Shown here: positions 36,685-49,245 of the stretch, in pieces
How positions within the stretch are numbered: the stretch's first letter is position 1
Layout of the letters: every line of letters starts with the position of its first letter
Origin: Azolla caroliniana
Lineage: Eukaryota > Plantae > Polypodiophyta
Direction: 5' to 3'
Length of the DNA stretch: 64,000 nt
Assembly (NCBI GenBank): GCA_043228905.1
Contig: JBHGNT010000003.1
Coordinates: 23,932,001-23,996,000 of the forward strand
The notes under the pieces: generated by a model
What the model saw: the letters and a program-made list of their open reading frames with translations, nothing else
Databases searched by the model: none
What the model was told of the DNA's origin: nothing
Made by a program: the position numbers and the translations under genes

Positions 36685-39600
36685 TGTTGTGTAAAGGCGT
36701 CCCTCCTTGCGGGGGAGTCGGCCGAAAAGTCGACTTGAGTGTCGACTGGTCGAAATCGGCCAAAAAGCCGTAAGGAGTCGAATTACCAAAATCGGCCGAA
36801 AAACCGAATTACCGAATTTGGTCGAAATTCGGAAAGTAAAAGAATAGTCGGTTGCGAAGAACCGAATCGGGGGTTAGCTGATCGAATTCGGTGAGAGAGT
36901 CAAATTCGTATTCAGTCGAATAGACACACATATACATATACATATGTCTTCTACATTCAAAGAAGAAAATGACTTAGTATATATATGCTAACAGGCCTGG
37001 TAGTGCGCCTGTATGCGGGATAACTTACTAAGAGTGAAATAGTGAGAAAAGGGGAAAACCTACATAGCGTATGTGAGGGTGTGAGATATATATATATATA
37101 TATCTGAGAGAAAAACGAGTTGTGTGTGTGTGGTAAATCTGAGAACGACTGGTTTTCTGCACAGTAGTGGCTGTGTAAGAGTATACGTACTCAGAAGCTA
37201 AGTAAGAAGAAAAGAAGTGTGAAGCAAAAGAGGAAAAGACAGAGAAGCTTCGGAAGCTTCGGAAGGAATAGTCACCTGCGTGCTAGAGTTTGAAGAGCTT
37301 GACTGAAATCGTGGTTTCAGTACATGCTCATACCAAATCAGGTTTCATTGTTCTGTGATTGTATTCTGTCATTTCTCATAGTGAAATTTATGTTCCGTGG
37401 TTTTTCCCTAAATCAGGGTTTTCCACGTAAATTGTGTGTTCTTTCTTATTTCCTGTTTGCGTCTAAGTTCAATTTCTGATTTCGAATCGGAGTGAAACTC
37501 TTTCAAACTGGTATCAGAGCATAGGTTCTAGATGGAAGGGAGCGTGAGTGGCTTTCCTGGGATGATTGTCTTGAACTCACAAAACTATTCAGATTGGAAG
37601 ATCAAAATGGAAGATCTCCTAATAGTAAAAGACTTGTATGAGCCTATAGAAAACAAGGATATACCAAAGGGGTAATAGATTCGGAGTGGAGAATCCTAAA
37701 TAGGAAGGCAGTGGCGACCATAAGACAATGTGTAGACATTAGTGTCCTACAACATGTAGCGAGTGACACAAATGCCTTCGAGCTATGGCATAAGCTTTCC
37801 GCTCTCTATGAAAGGAAAAATGCCTTAAATAAGACCTTCTTGATGAGGAAGATAGTGAGACTGAAGTATGTAGACGGGGAGAGTATAGTAGAGCACATTA
37901 GTGCGTTTATGGGACTAGTGAATCAGTTAGCATCATCAAAGTTCCCATTAGATGATTGTATGTAGGCCACACTATTATTATGTACTCTACCTGATAGTTG
38001 GGAAAACCTAATAGTAAAACTCAGCACTTCATGTAAAGAAGACAACTTATCCTTACAAGTAGTAAAAACGACTATTCTAAATGAAGAGACAAGAAGAAAG
38101 GATAAAAGTGCTTTATCTCAATCGGAGGCTAATGTGACCCAAGAATTTAGTAGAGGTAGAAGAGAACATAGAAGTCCAGAAAATGGGGATAGGTTTAGGT
38201 CGAAATCTAGAGGAAGACCTACATGTTTTTATTGTGGGAAGCCTGGTCACTTCCAAAAGAATTGTCGACACTTTAGGAAGGACAAAGGCATGGCTGATGA
38301 GATCGAACCTAGAAAAATCTCCGATGATAAAAATACCTCAGCCATCGCAACTAGTGAGGAAGAGATGTTGTTCATATGTGAACAAGCTAGTGTGAATCTT
38401 GCAAGTGCTGAGAGCTCATGGGTAGTGGATTCCGGTGCATCATTTCACCTAACTCCCAAAAGAGAATGTTTCTCATCCTACACAGCGGGTGACTATGGTC
38501 ATGTAAAGATGGGAAATGACGGGGAATGCAAGATTGTGGGCATAGGAACTGTGTGCTTGCTAACATCTATAGGCTGCAGGTTAATGTTGAAGGATGTACG
38601 TCATGTTCCGGATGTCAGGTTGAACTTGATATCGGCTGGACGGCTAGACGATGAAGGGTACAACGGTGGCTTCCAAAATGGTTCATGGAAGTTCTGTAAA
38701 GGGAGCCTGATCGTGGCTCGAGCCCAAAAACAAAACACACTATATGTAATGCATGGGAAGTTGTGTCGAGAGGAAGCAAATGTAGTGGCTGGCTCAGATG
38801 GTGAGTTGTGGCATAAAAGGCTCGGACATATGAGTGAAAGGGGAATGCATATCCTTGCGGAAAAGGATTTCCTACCAGAGGTGAAAGGAGTGCATTTGGA
38901 AAAGTGTGTGGATTGCCTGGCTGGAAAGCAAAATAGAACAACGTTTCACTCTAGGCCTCCAATGAGGAGAGAGCATGCCTTAGAGTTGGTTCACACCGAT
39001 GTATGTTATGTTGATGCCCCATCTCATCGTGGAGGACAATACTTTGTCACATTTATTGATGACTTCAGTAGGAAAGTGTGGGCTTATGTGCTGGTGTCTA
39101 AAGACCAAGTGTTGTCGGTCTTTAAAGAGTTTCATGCCAGGGCAGAAAGAGAATCCGGACAGAAGCTGAAGGCTGTCCGGACAGATAACGGTGGCGAATA
39201 TAGAGGCCAATTTGAGATGTATTGCAAGACTCAAGGCATCAAACTTGAGTATAAGGTGCCGAAGACACCTGAGCTAAATGGTCTAGCAGAAAGAATGAAT
39301 CGAACCATAATGGAAAGGGTAAGAAGCATGTTGGCACATGCAAAAATGCCAAAATCATATTGGGCTGAAGCAATGTTGACGGCTGCTTATCTCATAAACA
39401 GGTCTCCATCATTGCCTTTGAAGGGGGATGTACCACAAAGAGTGTGGACAAGAAGAAATGTGTCTTATCAGCACTTAAAGGTGTTTGGATGTTTGGCCTA
39501 TGTACATGTTGCTAAAGATCAGAGGTCAAAATTGGATAGCAAGTCCAAACCTTGTATATTCTTGGGGTACTCGGAAGACGAGTTCGGGTACAGAATGTGG

Positions 39601-42359
39601 GATCTCCTTGACAAGAAAGTGATAAGAAGTCAAGATGTCATATTCATGGAAGACAAGACAATCGAGGACTGGGAGCAACAAAGACCAGAGTCGTCTCCCA
39701 AATCGATCGCTGCTATGGAGTCAATACTAGTCGATCCGACTCCCACACAACAATCGGCTAATGAAATTGAATTTGAGTCGGTCGACACCCAACAACAATC
39801 TGATACACGCGAATTGGAGTCGGAAGATGAGTTGCTGGAAGAAAACGGCCATCAGCCAATTATTGAAGGGAGAAGATATCCACGAAGACAAAGGAAGGTC
39901 TCTTCTAGATATCCAGCCAGTCAATATGTTCTCTTGACTGATGAAGGGGAACCAGAATGCTATGAAGAGGCCATGACTGATGTACACAAGGAGAAATGGT
40001 ATAATGCCATGCAAGAAGAAATGGATTCCTTGCATGAGAACCTAACTTATGAGCTGATGGAGTTGCCTGATGGTAAGAAGGCACTTAGAAACAAATGGGT
40101 CTACAAATTAAAGATTGGTGAAGATGGTAGTACACCCAGGTATAAGGCCCGTATCGTCGTAAAGGGTTTCCAACAGAAAAAGGGTGTTGACTTTGATGAG
40201 ATTTTTGCCCCAGTTGTAAAAATGACCTCTATTCGGACTGTCTTGAGTATGGCCGCTAGTATGAATCTTGAAATCGAACAACTAGATGTTAAAACAACCT
40301 TCTTGCATGGTGAGCTAGAAGAGGAAATCTATATGCAACAACCGGAGGGCTTTGAGGTAAAAGGAAAAGAAAATCTCGTGTGTAGGTTGAAGAAAAGCTT
40401 GTATGGTTTAAAGCAAGCTCCACGACAATGGTATAAGAAATTTGAGTCCTTCATGTTGGAACATGGATTCCACAAAACACAAGCTGATCATTGTGTATTT
40501 GTGAAAAGGTATAATGAGGGTGACTTTCTTATTCTGTTGTTGTATGTGGATGATATGTTGGTTGTTGGACAGGATGTCAAAAAGATTGCAAGCTTGAAGA
40601 AATCATTGAGCAAATCATTTGCCATGAAAGACTTAGGACCGGCAAAACAGATTTTGGGAATGCATATAGTCCGGGACAGGACTGAAAACTTGCTATGGCT
40701 GTCACAAGAGAAATATGTGACAAAAGTTTTGCAAAGGTTTAATATGTGCGATGCAAAATCAGTCGGATCTCCATTGCCAATGGACTGTAAGTTAAATTCA
40801 GGACAATGTCCGAAATCTGAGAAAGATAAGGCAGAGATGAGAAGAGTGCCGTATGCCTCTGCGGTTGGTAGCCTTATGTATGCTATGGTTTGCACAAGGC
40901 CGGACATTGCATTTGCTGTCGGGACAGTTAGTCGATACATGGGAAATCCTGGAAGGGAGCATTGGGAAGCTGTGAAATGGATTCTTAGATACCTCAAAGG
41001 AACTTCGAATGTATGTCTTAGATATGGCTCCGGGAAACCTGTGCTAGAAGGTTTTACAGATTCTGACATGTCGGGTGATGTAGATTCTAGCCGATCCACA
41101 TCAGGGTATGTGATGACGTATTCAGGGGGAGCTGTGTCATGGCAATCAAGATTGCAAAAGGTTGTGGCTTTGTCTACCACCGAGGCTGAGTATATGGCTG
41201 CAGTGGAAGCCGGAAAAGAACTGATTTGGATGAGAGAGTTCTTGAATGAACTAGGATTGAAGCAAGACAAGTACTTACTTCATTGTGACAATCAAAGTGC
41301 TATCCATCTGGCTAAAAATGCTACCTACCACTCTCTACAAAGCACATTCAAAGAAGGTACCATTGGTTAAGAGAAAGAGTGGAAGAAAATGAGTTTGTTC
41401 TATCTAAGATCCCCACTGAAGAAAATGGTTCAGACATGCTCACAAAAATTTTGCCTATGGAAAAACTTGTTGCATGCCGGAATAAGATTGGCTTGGTTGG
41501 TTCTCCCCCTACAGGAGTGAAGGGGGAGTTTGTTGTGTAAAGGCGTCCCTCCTTGCGGGGGAGTCGGCCGAAAAGTCGACTTGAGTGTCGACTGGTCGAA
41601 ATCGGCCAAAAAGCCGAAAGGAGTCGAATTACCGAAATCGGCCGAAAAACCGAATTACCGAATTTGGTCGAAATTCGGAAAGTAAAAGAATAGTCGGTTG
41701 CGAAGAACCGAATCGGGGGTTAGCTGATCGAATTCGATGAGAGAGTCAAATTCGTATTCAGTCGAATAGACACACATATACATATACATATGTCTTCTAC
41801 ATTCAAAGAAGAAAATGACTTAGTATATATATGCTAACAGGCCTGGTAGTGCGCCTGTATGCGGGATAACTTACTAAGAGTGAAATAGTGAGAAAAGGGG
41901 AAAACCTACATAGCGTATGTGAGGGTGTGAGATATATATATATATATATATATATATCTGAGAGAAAAACGAGTTGTGTGTGTGTGGTAAATCTGAGAAC
42001 GACTGGTTTTCTGCACAGTAGTGGCTGTGTAAGAGTATACGTACTCAGAAGCTAAGTAAGAAGAAAAGAAGTGTGAAGCAAAAGAGGAAAAGACAGAGAA
42101 GCTTCGGAAGCTTCGGAAGGAATAGTCACCTGCGTGCTAGAGTTTGAAGAGCTTGACTGAAATCGTGGTTTCAGTACATGCTCATACCAAATCAGGTTTC
42201 ATTGTTTTGTGATTGTATTCTGTCATTTCTCATAGTGAAATTTATGTTCCGTGGTTTTTCCCTAAATCAGGGTTTTCCACGTAAATTGTGCGTTCTTTCT
42301 TATTTCCTGTTTGCGTCTAAGTTCAATTTCTGATTTCGAATCGGAGTGAAACTCTTTCA
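36685..42359 (+). mobile_element. Ty1/Copia LTR retrotransposon 2 (Tork/Tnt1-like), full length
   Basis: LTRs 36685-37505 and 41531-42359 (TG..CA; about 5 substitutions plus a (TA)n length difference). TSD ACTAG. PBS TGGTATCAGAGC at 37509-37520. PPT GAAGGGGGAG before 41531. Empty site near 9806. Confidence 0.96.
37532..41480 (+). pseudogene. Copia 2 gag-pol, disrupted (frameshift near 37673, stop at 37963-37965, frameshift near 41335)
   Basis: CFYCGKPGHFQKNC, VVDSGAS, HTDVC/TDNGGEY/ELNGLAER, LYVDD, FTDSDMSG and STTEAEY lie in ORF 38134-41370. Confidence 0.9.
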
Positions 42360-43147
42360 ACTAGTCCTCTCCCTTTTTGGCCAATGCCCAAAAATCTATA
42401 TCCTTCATATTTTGGTCCCCCCAATTTTTGTAGCTTTCAAAGCCTCTTAGCTAATGTCATTAGCGAATAATGGACGGGCATGCCTCTTCAAAGCCTCGTG
42501 GTCATATGTGCCCAAAGAACAAAAATTGACAAATTAAACTCATGAGGAAAGTTCTGTGCCAAACAAATAAGAAGAAGTCGAAAACAGTATGTCCAAACTT
42601 TACAACCAAAGTCAACTCACTCTTCATCAATAAAGATTCTTAAAGGAATCAAACCCTTCCGATATTCCTGCTCGAAAATAATGAAATTGGAATCCATCCT
42701 CTTCCTGCGCAAAATCAAAGATCATAATGTTTTTGAATCATGCCCACATCACCATCATCACCATCTTCTTCTTCTTCTTCTCCTACACACTTACTTAACT
42801 CTGTCTATGTGATGATTGATTCCTGCAATAAATCTTGTCTTCTTCTTCTTCTTCTTCTTATCTTCCGCTTTTATCCTAATCCTACTGTGCCTCTTCTCTT
42901 ATCTTCTTTTTTCTCTGCCTAGATTACTTTCCTTAAGCTAACTTGTTCGTCACCAATCCGTTCAAAGGCGATGGTGATTTATCATCATCCACGATACAGC
43001 ATGACCATATCTATATTCCTTTCCATTGCAGTCATGGCTGCTCCTCTGCATCTCGCTCTCTTACCATCTTATAGTGCCACAGTTCCTGAGAAATTGTTAA
43101 TACCAGATTGCAACACCACCATAGCCACAACACAGAATACTAGCCGT

Positions 43148-46100
43148 TGTTGGAGAAGAACGATGGAGGCGGACGAGCTGCTGTTTTTCCTTACCTGCAG
43201 AGAAAATGTCGAACAGCACACAGACAGAGAAAAATACACAAACAACTTTTTGGGGGCACACGAAACCCTCATTTCTATTAGTTTTTATACCTATGCGTAA
43301 ATAGTAAGAAATAACATATTTGGCCTTTTTTTACTATCAATCTCCCGCTAAAAGGCCAAACTAGGGATCAACAAAGCTGATGAGAAGATTGAACAAGACC
43401 TACACATCCTACTTGATGAGTATGTTACACAATGTGTAACCTCATGACCTAAGTAATCCCCATCAAGTGGCAGCAATGCTCTAGTGCTTCATGCGGTAGA
43501 GCTTTGGTCAATGCATCTGCAGCATTTTCTTGAGAAACAACTTTCTCAAGACTGATGTAGCCAGCAGCTATGCATTCTCGAATGAAGTGATATCTCACTC
43601 CAATGTGCTTGGTCTTTACATGGTATACTGGGTTTTTAGCTAGTGCAATGGCACTCTGACTATCACAAAACAGTATGGGTACAAGCTTAGATATGCCCAT
43701 GTCACAAGCTAATCTGGACAGCCATACGACTTCCTTACAAGCTTCGCTAGCTGCGACATACTCTGCTTCTATAGTGGACAGAGCAGTACATTTTTGGAGA
43801 TGAGATCTCCAAGATATCGCACCTCCCATAAACTGAAAAATGTATCATGAAGTGGATTTTCTGCTGTCAGAACAACCAACATAATCAGAGTCTATATATC
43901 CAATGATGGATACATTTCCACCACCTAAACATAGACACCTATTCTTAGTGCCACACAGATATCTTAAAATCAGTTTAACTGCCTCCCAATGTTTATTACC
44001 AGGATTTGACATAAATTTGCTCACAGCTCCCACTGCGAAAGCAATGTCTGGCCTGGTCGCTATCATAGCGTACATAAGACTCTCGACTGCGGATTGATAA
44101 GGAACCTTGGACATAGATTTCTTGTCTTCATCAGATGTGGGGCAATCACATGTGCTCAATTTTACATATGTAGGCAAAGGAGTGCTCAACGGCTTTGCAT
44201 TCTCCATATTAAACCTCTTTAGCACTTTCGATATGTACTCAGCTTGAGACAAGTAAATGCATCGCTTACTCCTATCACGAGTGATACACATACCAAGAAT
44301 ATGTTTTGTATCTCCCAAATCCTTCATGTCAAAATTCTGGCCCAAGTTTTTCTTTAACGAGGATAACTCATCCTTGTTTTTACCAACAATAAGCATGTCA
44401 TCAACATATAATATCAATGTGATAAAATTCCCATCTGAACAATTTTTTGTATAAAGACATGCATCTTCATTGCTTCTAGTATATCCTTGAGTCTTCATAA
44501 AAGCATCAAATTTCTGATACCATAACCTCGGGGACTGCTTAAGCCCATACAAACTCTTCTTGAGTTTACATACCAAATGTTCTTTTCCCGACACTTCATG
44601 ACCTTCTGGTTGTTCCATATAAATATCCTCATCAAGGTCCCCATGCAAGAAGGCAGTCTTCACATCCATTTGGACAAGTTCCAAAATCTGATTTGCAGCC
44701 AATGAAAGCAACATACGTAATGTAGTCATCTTAACTACAGGAGAAAAGGTTTCATCAAAATCAATTCCATATTCTTGTTTGAAACCTTTGGCAACCAAGC
44801 GTGCTTTATACTTTGGAGAAGCACTATCAGATGTATACTTATACTTGTATACCCATTTGCATGGCAATGCTTTCCTGTCCTTTGGCAAAGGTACTAAATC
44901 CCAAGTACCATTTTTATAAATGATGTCCAATTCATTTTGCATGGCTTGTTTCCATTTAGTATGGTCATGAACAGATATGGCTTCATTGTAACATGAAGGC
45001 TCACCGGCATCTGTTAGCATTACATAATCAACAAACTTATTAGGTGCCTTGGAGACACGCGTAGATCTCCTCAATGATTCCTGAACCTGAATACCATCAG
45101 GTTGTGCATGAGAAACATCATTCTGAGCATCATCATTATGAGCATAAACATCATCTTGCACGTCATTGTGCTGAGCATCATCATTTTCGGCATCTTCATC
45201 CTGACCAATAATAGGTTTTTGTGACTGCCCACATGTAGAAGCATCTACATCAGTAAGATTTTTCTGTTTTACATCAACAAAAGGCGTACTATCTTTAAAT
45301 GCAACCTTTCTCACTTCTACCTCCTTTAGGGTCTGTTTATGCATTTTGTTCTCATAAAAAACATCACTACTTCTGACCACAGTACGTGTGTCAGGATCCC
45401 ATAAGCGATATCCAAACTGCCCATCAATTCCGTAACCAAGAAATATACATTTTCTGCATTTATAGTCTAATTTCTTTCTTAAGGTTTTTGGAATGTGTAC
45501 ATATGCTTCGCATCCAAAAACTCTAAGATGAGCATAATGAGGTGTCTTGCCTGTCCACAACTCTTGTGCCACGTTTAGACCTATGGTTGTGTTTGGTGAT
45601 AGGTTAATCACATGGACTGCTGTTAAAACAACTTCTGCCCAAAAACCTTGCGAGAGGTTTGCATGGTGTAGCATAGAGACAACTCTGTCCTGGATGGTTC
45701 TGTTCATCCTCTCAGCCACACCATTTTGGACAGGGGTGTAAGGAGCTGTAAACTCTCTCCGAATGCCTCTAGACTTGCAAAAGTCATCAAATTCATGAGA
45801 GGTATACTCACCTCCATTGTCTGAACGTAAGGCCTTGAGCTTTATGTCCTTTTCCAGCTCAACCGAACTAAGCCATTTTCTGAAAGTATACATCATCCTT
45901 TCCCTTAATTGGATAAGCCCAAACTTTCCTAGTGGCATCATCAATGAAAGTAACAAAATATAGTACACCGCCCAAAGATCTTGTGGGCATAGGTCTACAA
46001 ACATCCGTGTGGACAAGATCCAATGGTTTCGTGGATGAGTTAACACTGGTCTTATGTGCACTTCTAGTTTGCTTACCATGTTGACAATGTTCACATAAAG

Positions 46101-48269
46101 CAAAATCAGAGAATGACAACTTAGGTAAGTGGCCATAACGAGATAGGATTTCCATGCCATTTCTTGACATGTGGCCTAAACGACCATGCCAAATGCTCGT
46201 CATTGGTTGTTCTGTGACAGCCAACAAGTGTTCCTTTTGATGAACAAAGAAAGGGTAGAGGGAACCAACTTTGTTCCCTTTTGCGACAATCATATTTCCT
46301 TTCGTTATACGAAAGGATTGAGAAGCAAACATCACCTTATATCCGTTGTCATCAAGCTGACCAACAGAAATCAAACTACGAGTTATTTGAGGAACGTGGC
46401 GTACATCTTTAATGGTCAGATGAGAACCATCACTAAAATGCATTGAGATATTTCCAATGCCAATCACATCACATTGATGTGAGTCTCCAAGTTGAACTTT
46501 CCCAAGCGACTTGGCTTCATAACATGTGAACCACTCTCTATGTGGAGTCACATGAAACGATGCACCGGAGTCCAACTACCACGTATGTGATGGGGAAAAG
46601 ACCGTGTTCACCCCAGCATGTGTGCTAACATCATCTAGGACCAAGATGTTCGTCTCATCACATGTTGCATTTACTTCCTCCATTTCCAACGAGGAAGAGG
46701 GACCACTAGATTGTCTACCATGCCCTCTAGCATTATCTTTCTCCTTATTTTTAAGGGCATAACAGTCTTTCTTAAGGTGTCCCTTTTTATGACAGTAATA
46801 ACACTCCATATTTTTCTTCCTAGATTTGCTTCTACCTCTATCATTTCCACTACTATTTCTTGTTTGGCTCCTACCACGGTGTTGGTTCTTGTGAGGACCA
46901 ACATCAGAAACATTACATGCATCTCCATTGTGTGATGCAATCACAGATTTTCTACGAATTTCTTCACCCAAAAGAGCTCCACATATGTCATTATAGACTA
47001 ATTTCCCATTTGGTGCACTTGCACTAATAGCGGTGCAAAAAGTGTTCCATGAGCTAGGCAAAGTGCATAACAAAAATACACATTTAAGCTCATCATCAAA
47101 AATCATTTTTTGAGCCAGTAATTGTGACCATAATGCATCAAAATCATTCAAATGAGAGGTGACATTGTCATTGTCCTTCATTCGAAGATTATAAAGTTTT
47201 CTCATTAGATAAACTTTGTTTGATGTGGTCTCTTTTTCGTATGTACTGGATAGTTTAGTCCATAGCTTTTCAGCTGAGTCACAGTCCAAGACTGTGAAAT
47301 ACACGTTGTCAGCTAGGTGCAGTCTTATGGTAGAGATTGCCAAGAGATCGAGCTCTTCCCAATCGTCCTTGGTCATGCCCTCGGGTCTCTTGGCTTCACC
47401 ACTTATAGCTCTTAATTGCCTTCTTTGAATCAAGACATCTCTCATCTGATTCTTCCACAGGGCAAAGTTGGATCCGTCAAATTTACGGATCTCAAGGTGG
47501 TCTTTTCCGCTCATAGATTGATTTCTATGGGAATTAAAGGAACCACTGTGTGAAGTGCTTGAAACCTCGGACATTTCAGAGGCAGCCATTTAGATGGTAG
47601 GTAAACTTAGTCAATTCCAAATCTAAGCAACTAACGATAGTTGAGACACTACTCACTACCTAGTCTCAAGCACAACTATCACTGTGTTCTAGGGTAGGTA
47701 TGTGTGTTCGACTGAGGACAACACCTCACTCTTATATCAGCCAAGACAGATGGAATGTAGCTGAGATGTAACTTCCAACGTCACTATCTCACATCAAGTG
47801 AGCAAGCATCGGAAAAACCAAATACAAGTTTTTATGTGTAAATCCTCTCTTCTGTATATTAGAAACAGTGAGTCCTCTCTGTTTCTACCTTTCACCAAAG
47901 GTCTATTTTTCTTTTCCCAAAAACAATTGGCACGAAGAATGTTCATACAAAAACGTGTACTAGATATTACCTCTATCGAGGTCCTGGAAAAATAACATGC
48001 GCAGAGGGGGAAAAACAGAGAAATCAGATGCTTTCTGCCACATGCAGTCTTCACGAATCCCTGCGCTCTAATACCATTGTTGGAGAAGACGGATGGAGGC
48101 GGACGAGCTGCTATTTTTCCTTACCTGCAGAGAAAATGTCGAATAGCACACAGACAGAGAAAAATACACAAACAACTTTTTGGGGGCACACGAAACCCTC
48201 ATTTCTATTAGTTTTTATACCTATGCGTAAATAGTAAGAAATAACATATTTGGCCTTTTCTTACTATCA
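43148..48269 (-). mobile_element. Ty1/Copia LTR retrotransposon 3, inserted in RLK E exon 1
   Basis: 192-bp LTRs 43148-43339 and 48078-48269 (about 5 mismatches). TSD GCCGT. PBS TGGTATTAGAGC at 48076-48065. PPT near 43340-43355. Confidence 0.95.
43449..47589 (-). pseudogene. Copia 3 gag-pol, disrupted (stop at 46576-46578, frameshifts near 45885 and 43845)
   Basis: CYYCHKKGHLKKDC, DSGASFH, HTDVC, SDNGGEY, VQNGVAER, LYVDD, STIEAEY, ADALTK. Confidence 0.9.
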
Positions 48270-48406
48270 GCCGTCAGATCCTTCTTATTAGCAATGGGTC
48301 CTTCTCTTGGCAATTTGTACCATATACAAACGACACGCCTTTTCGTCATACTCAACACCCTCTTCAACACTACGGTCGTTTGGGTTGCCAACAGAGACCA
48401 CCCAGT

Positions 48407-48731
48407 TGATGACAATCAATAGAGCAGAAAATCAAGAGACAATCTGCTCTTGATTGTAATGCACAGACAGTGAAGGATGAAGGAGTGCACAAGAGGAATA
48501 GGGGGTGAATGACAAAGGGATTCAATTGATACAACAGGGTGGAGATTACAAGAGGAGAGAGAGGTAAATCTCTGCAACAAAGAAAAGGGGGGAAAAAACC
48601 ACACAGAGAGAACACAGACACTCGCTCTCTCACACTCACTAACTCACTCTCTCTCTCTCCCCACACAACTAAGTGGAAGACCAGTTTTGGCCTTTTCACA
48701 CTTAGTATGTATTGGGGATACATGTATAACA
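48407..48731. mobile_element. Solo LTR, 325 bp, inside RLK E
   Basis: TGATGAC...TATAACA termini. TSD CCAGT at 48402-48406 and 48732-48736. The RLK sequence is continuous across it. Confidence 0.88.
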
Positions 48732-49245
48732 CCAGTCTCGCCAAACACAACCCTAAACCTCATCTACCCTGACAAACAGATCATACTTCAAGACCACACC
48801 TCAATTAGCACCACCATCAATGGAAGCTCTGCCAATAATTCTACTAATGCTAATTCTTCTACCACTGTAGTTTGGTCTTCTCCTCTTGGGATATATAGTG
48901 TTCTAATGAATAGCATTGGGAATCTTGTGATGCAAGATAGCAGTAACTCAACCCTTTGGTAGAGTTGAAAGGATTATAACTTCGAAGGACAAAGATAACG
49001 ACAAAGATGAAGAGGTAAGAGATTACTCAGTAGATTTTGGAATTAACATATAAACTGGTACATGTATTCTTTTATGAACTCACACTCAAATATGTGGTAT
49101 TGTAGTGATTTAAATATATCTAAAATGTGACTGTTGTGGTTGTAACAGTCACTCCTATTTTTAGATAATGCTATCTAACTAATTAGTTTTTATTTAAAAT
49201 TAGAGTTATTTTCAACACCCCCCCTTTAACTCTAAATCCTATATG

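Larger units (their letters stand above)
43001..48965 (+). pseudogene. SD2-like lectin receptor kinase copy E, 5' part only, in pieces 43001-43147, 48275-48406 and 48737-48965
   Basis: MTISIFLSIAVMAAPLHL..QNTS | QILL..NTTVVWVANRDHP | VSPNTTLNLIYPD..STLW*. Also a 2-bp deletion near 48335 and CAG>TAG at 48960-48962. The rest of the gene is not in the window. Confidence 0.9.

Noticed and set aside
40488-41270. 260-aa antisense ORF in Copia 2
   Set aside because: Mirror frame of RT/RNase H with no independent evidence.
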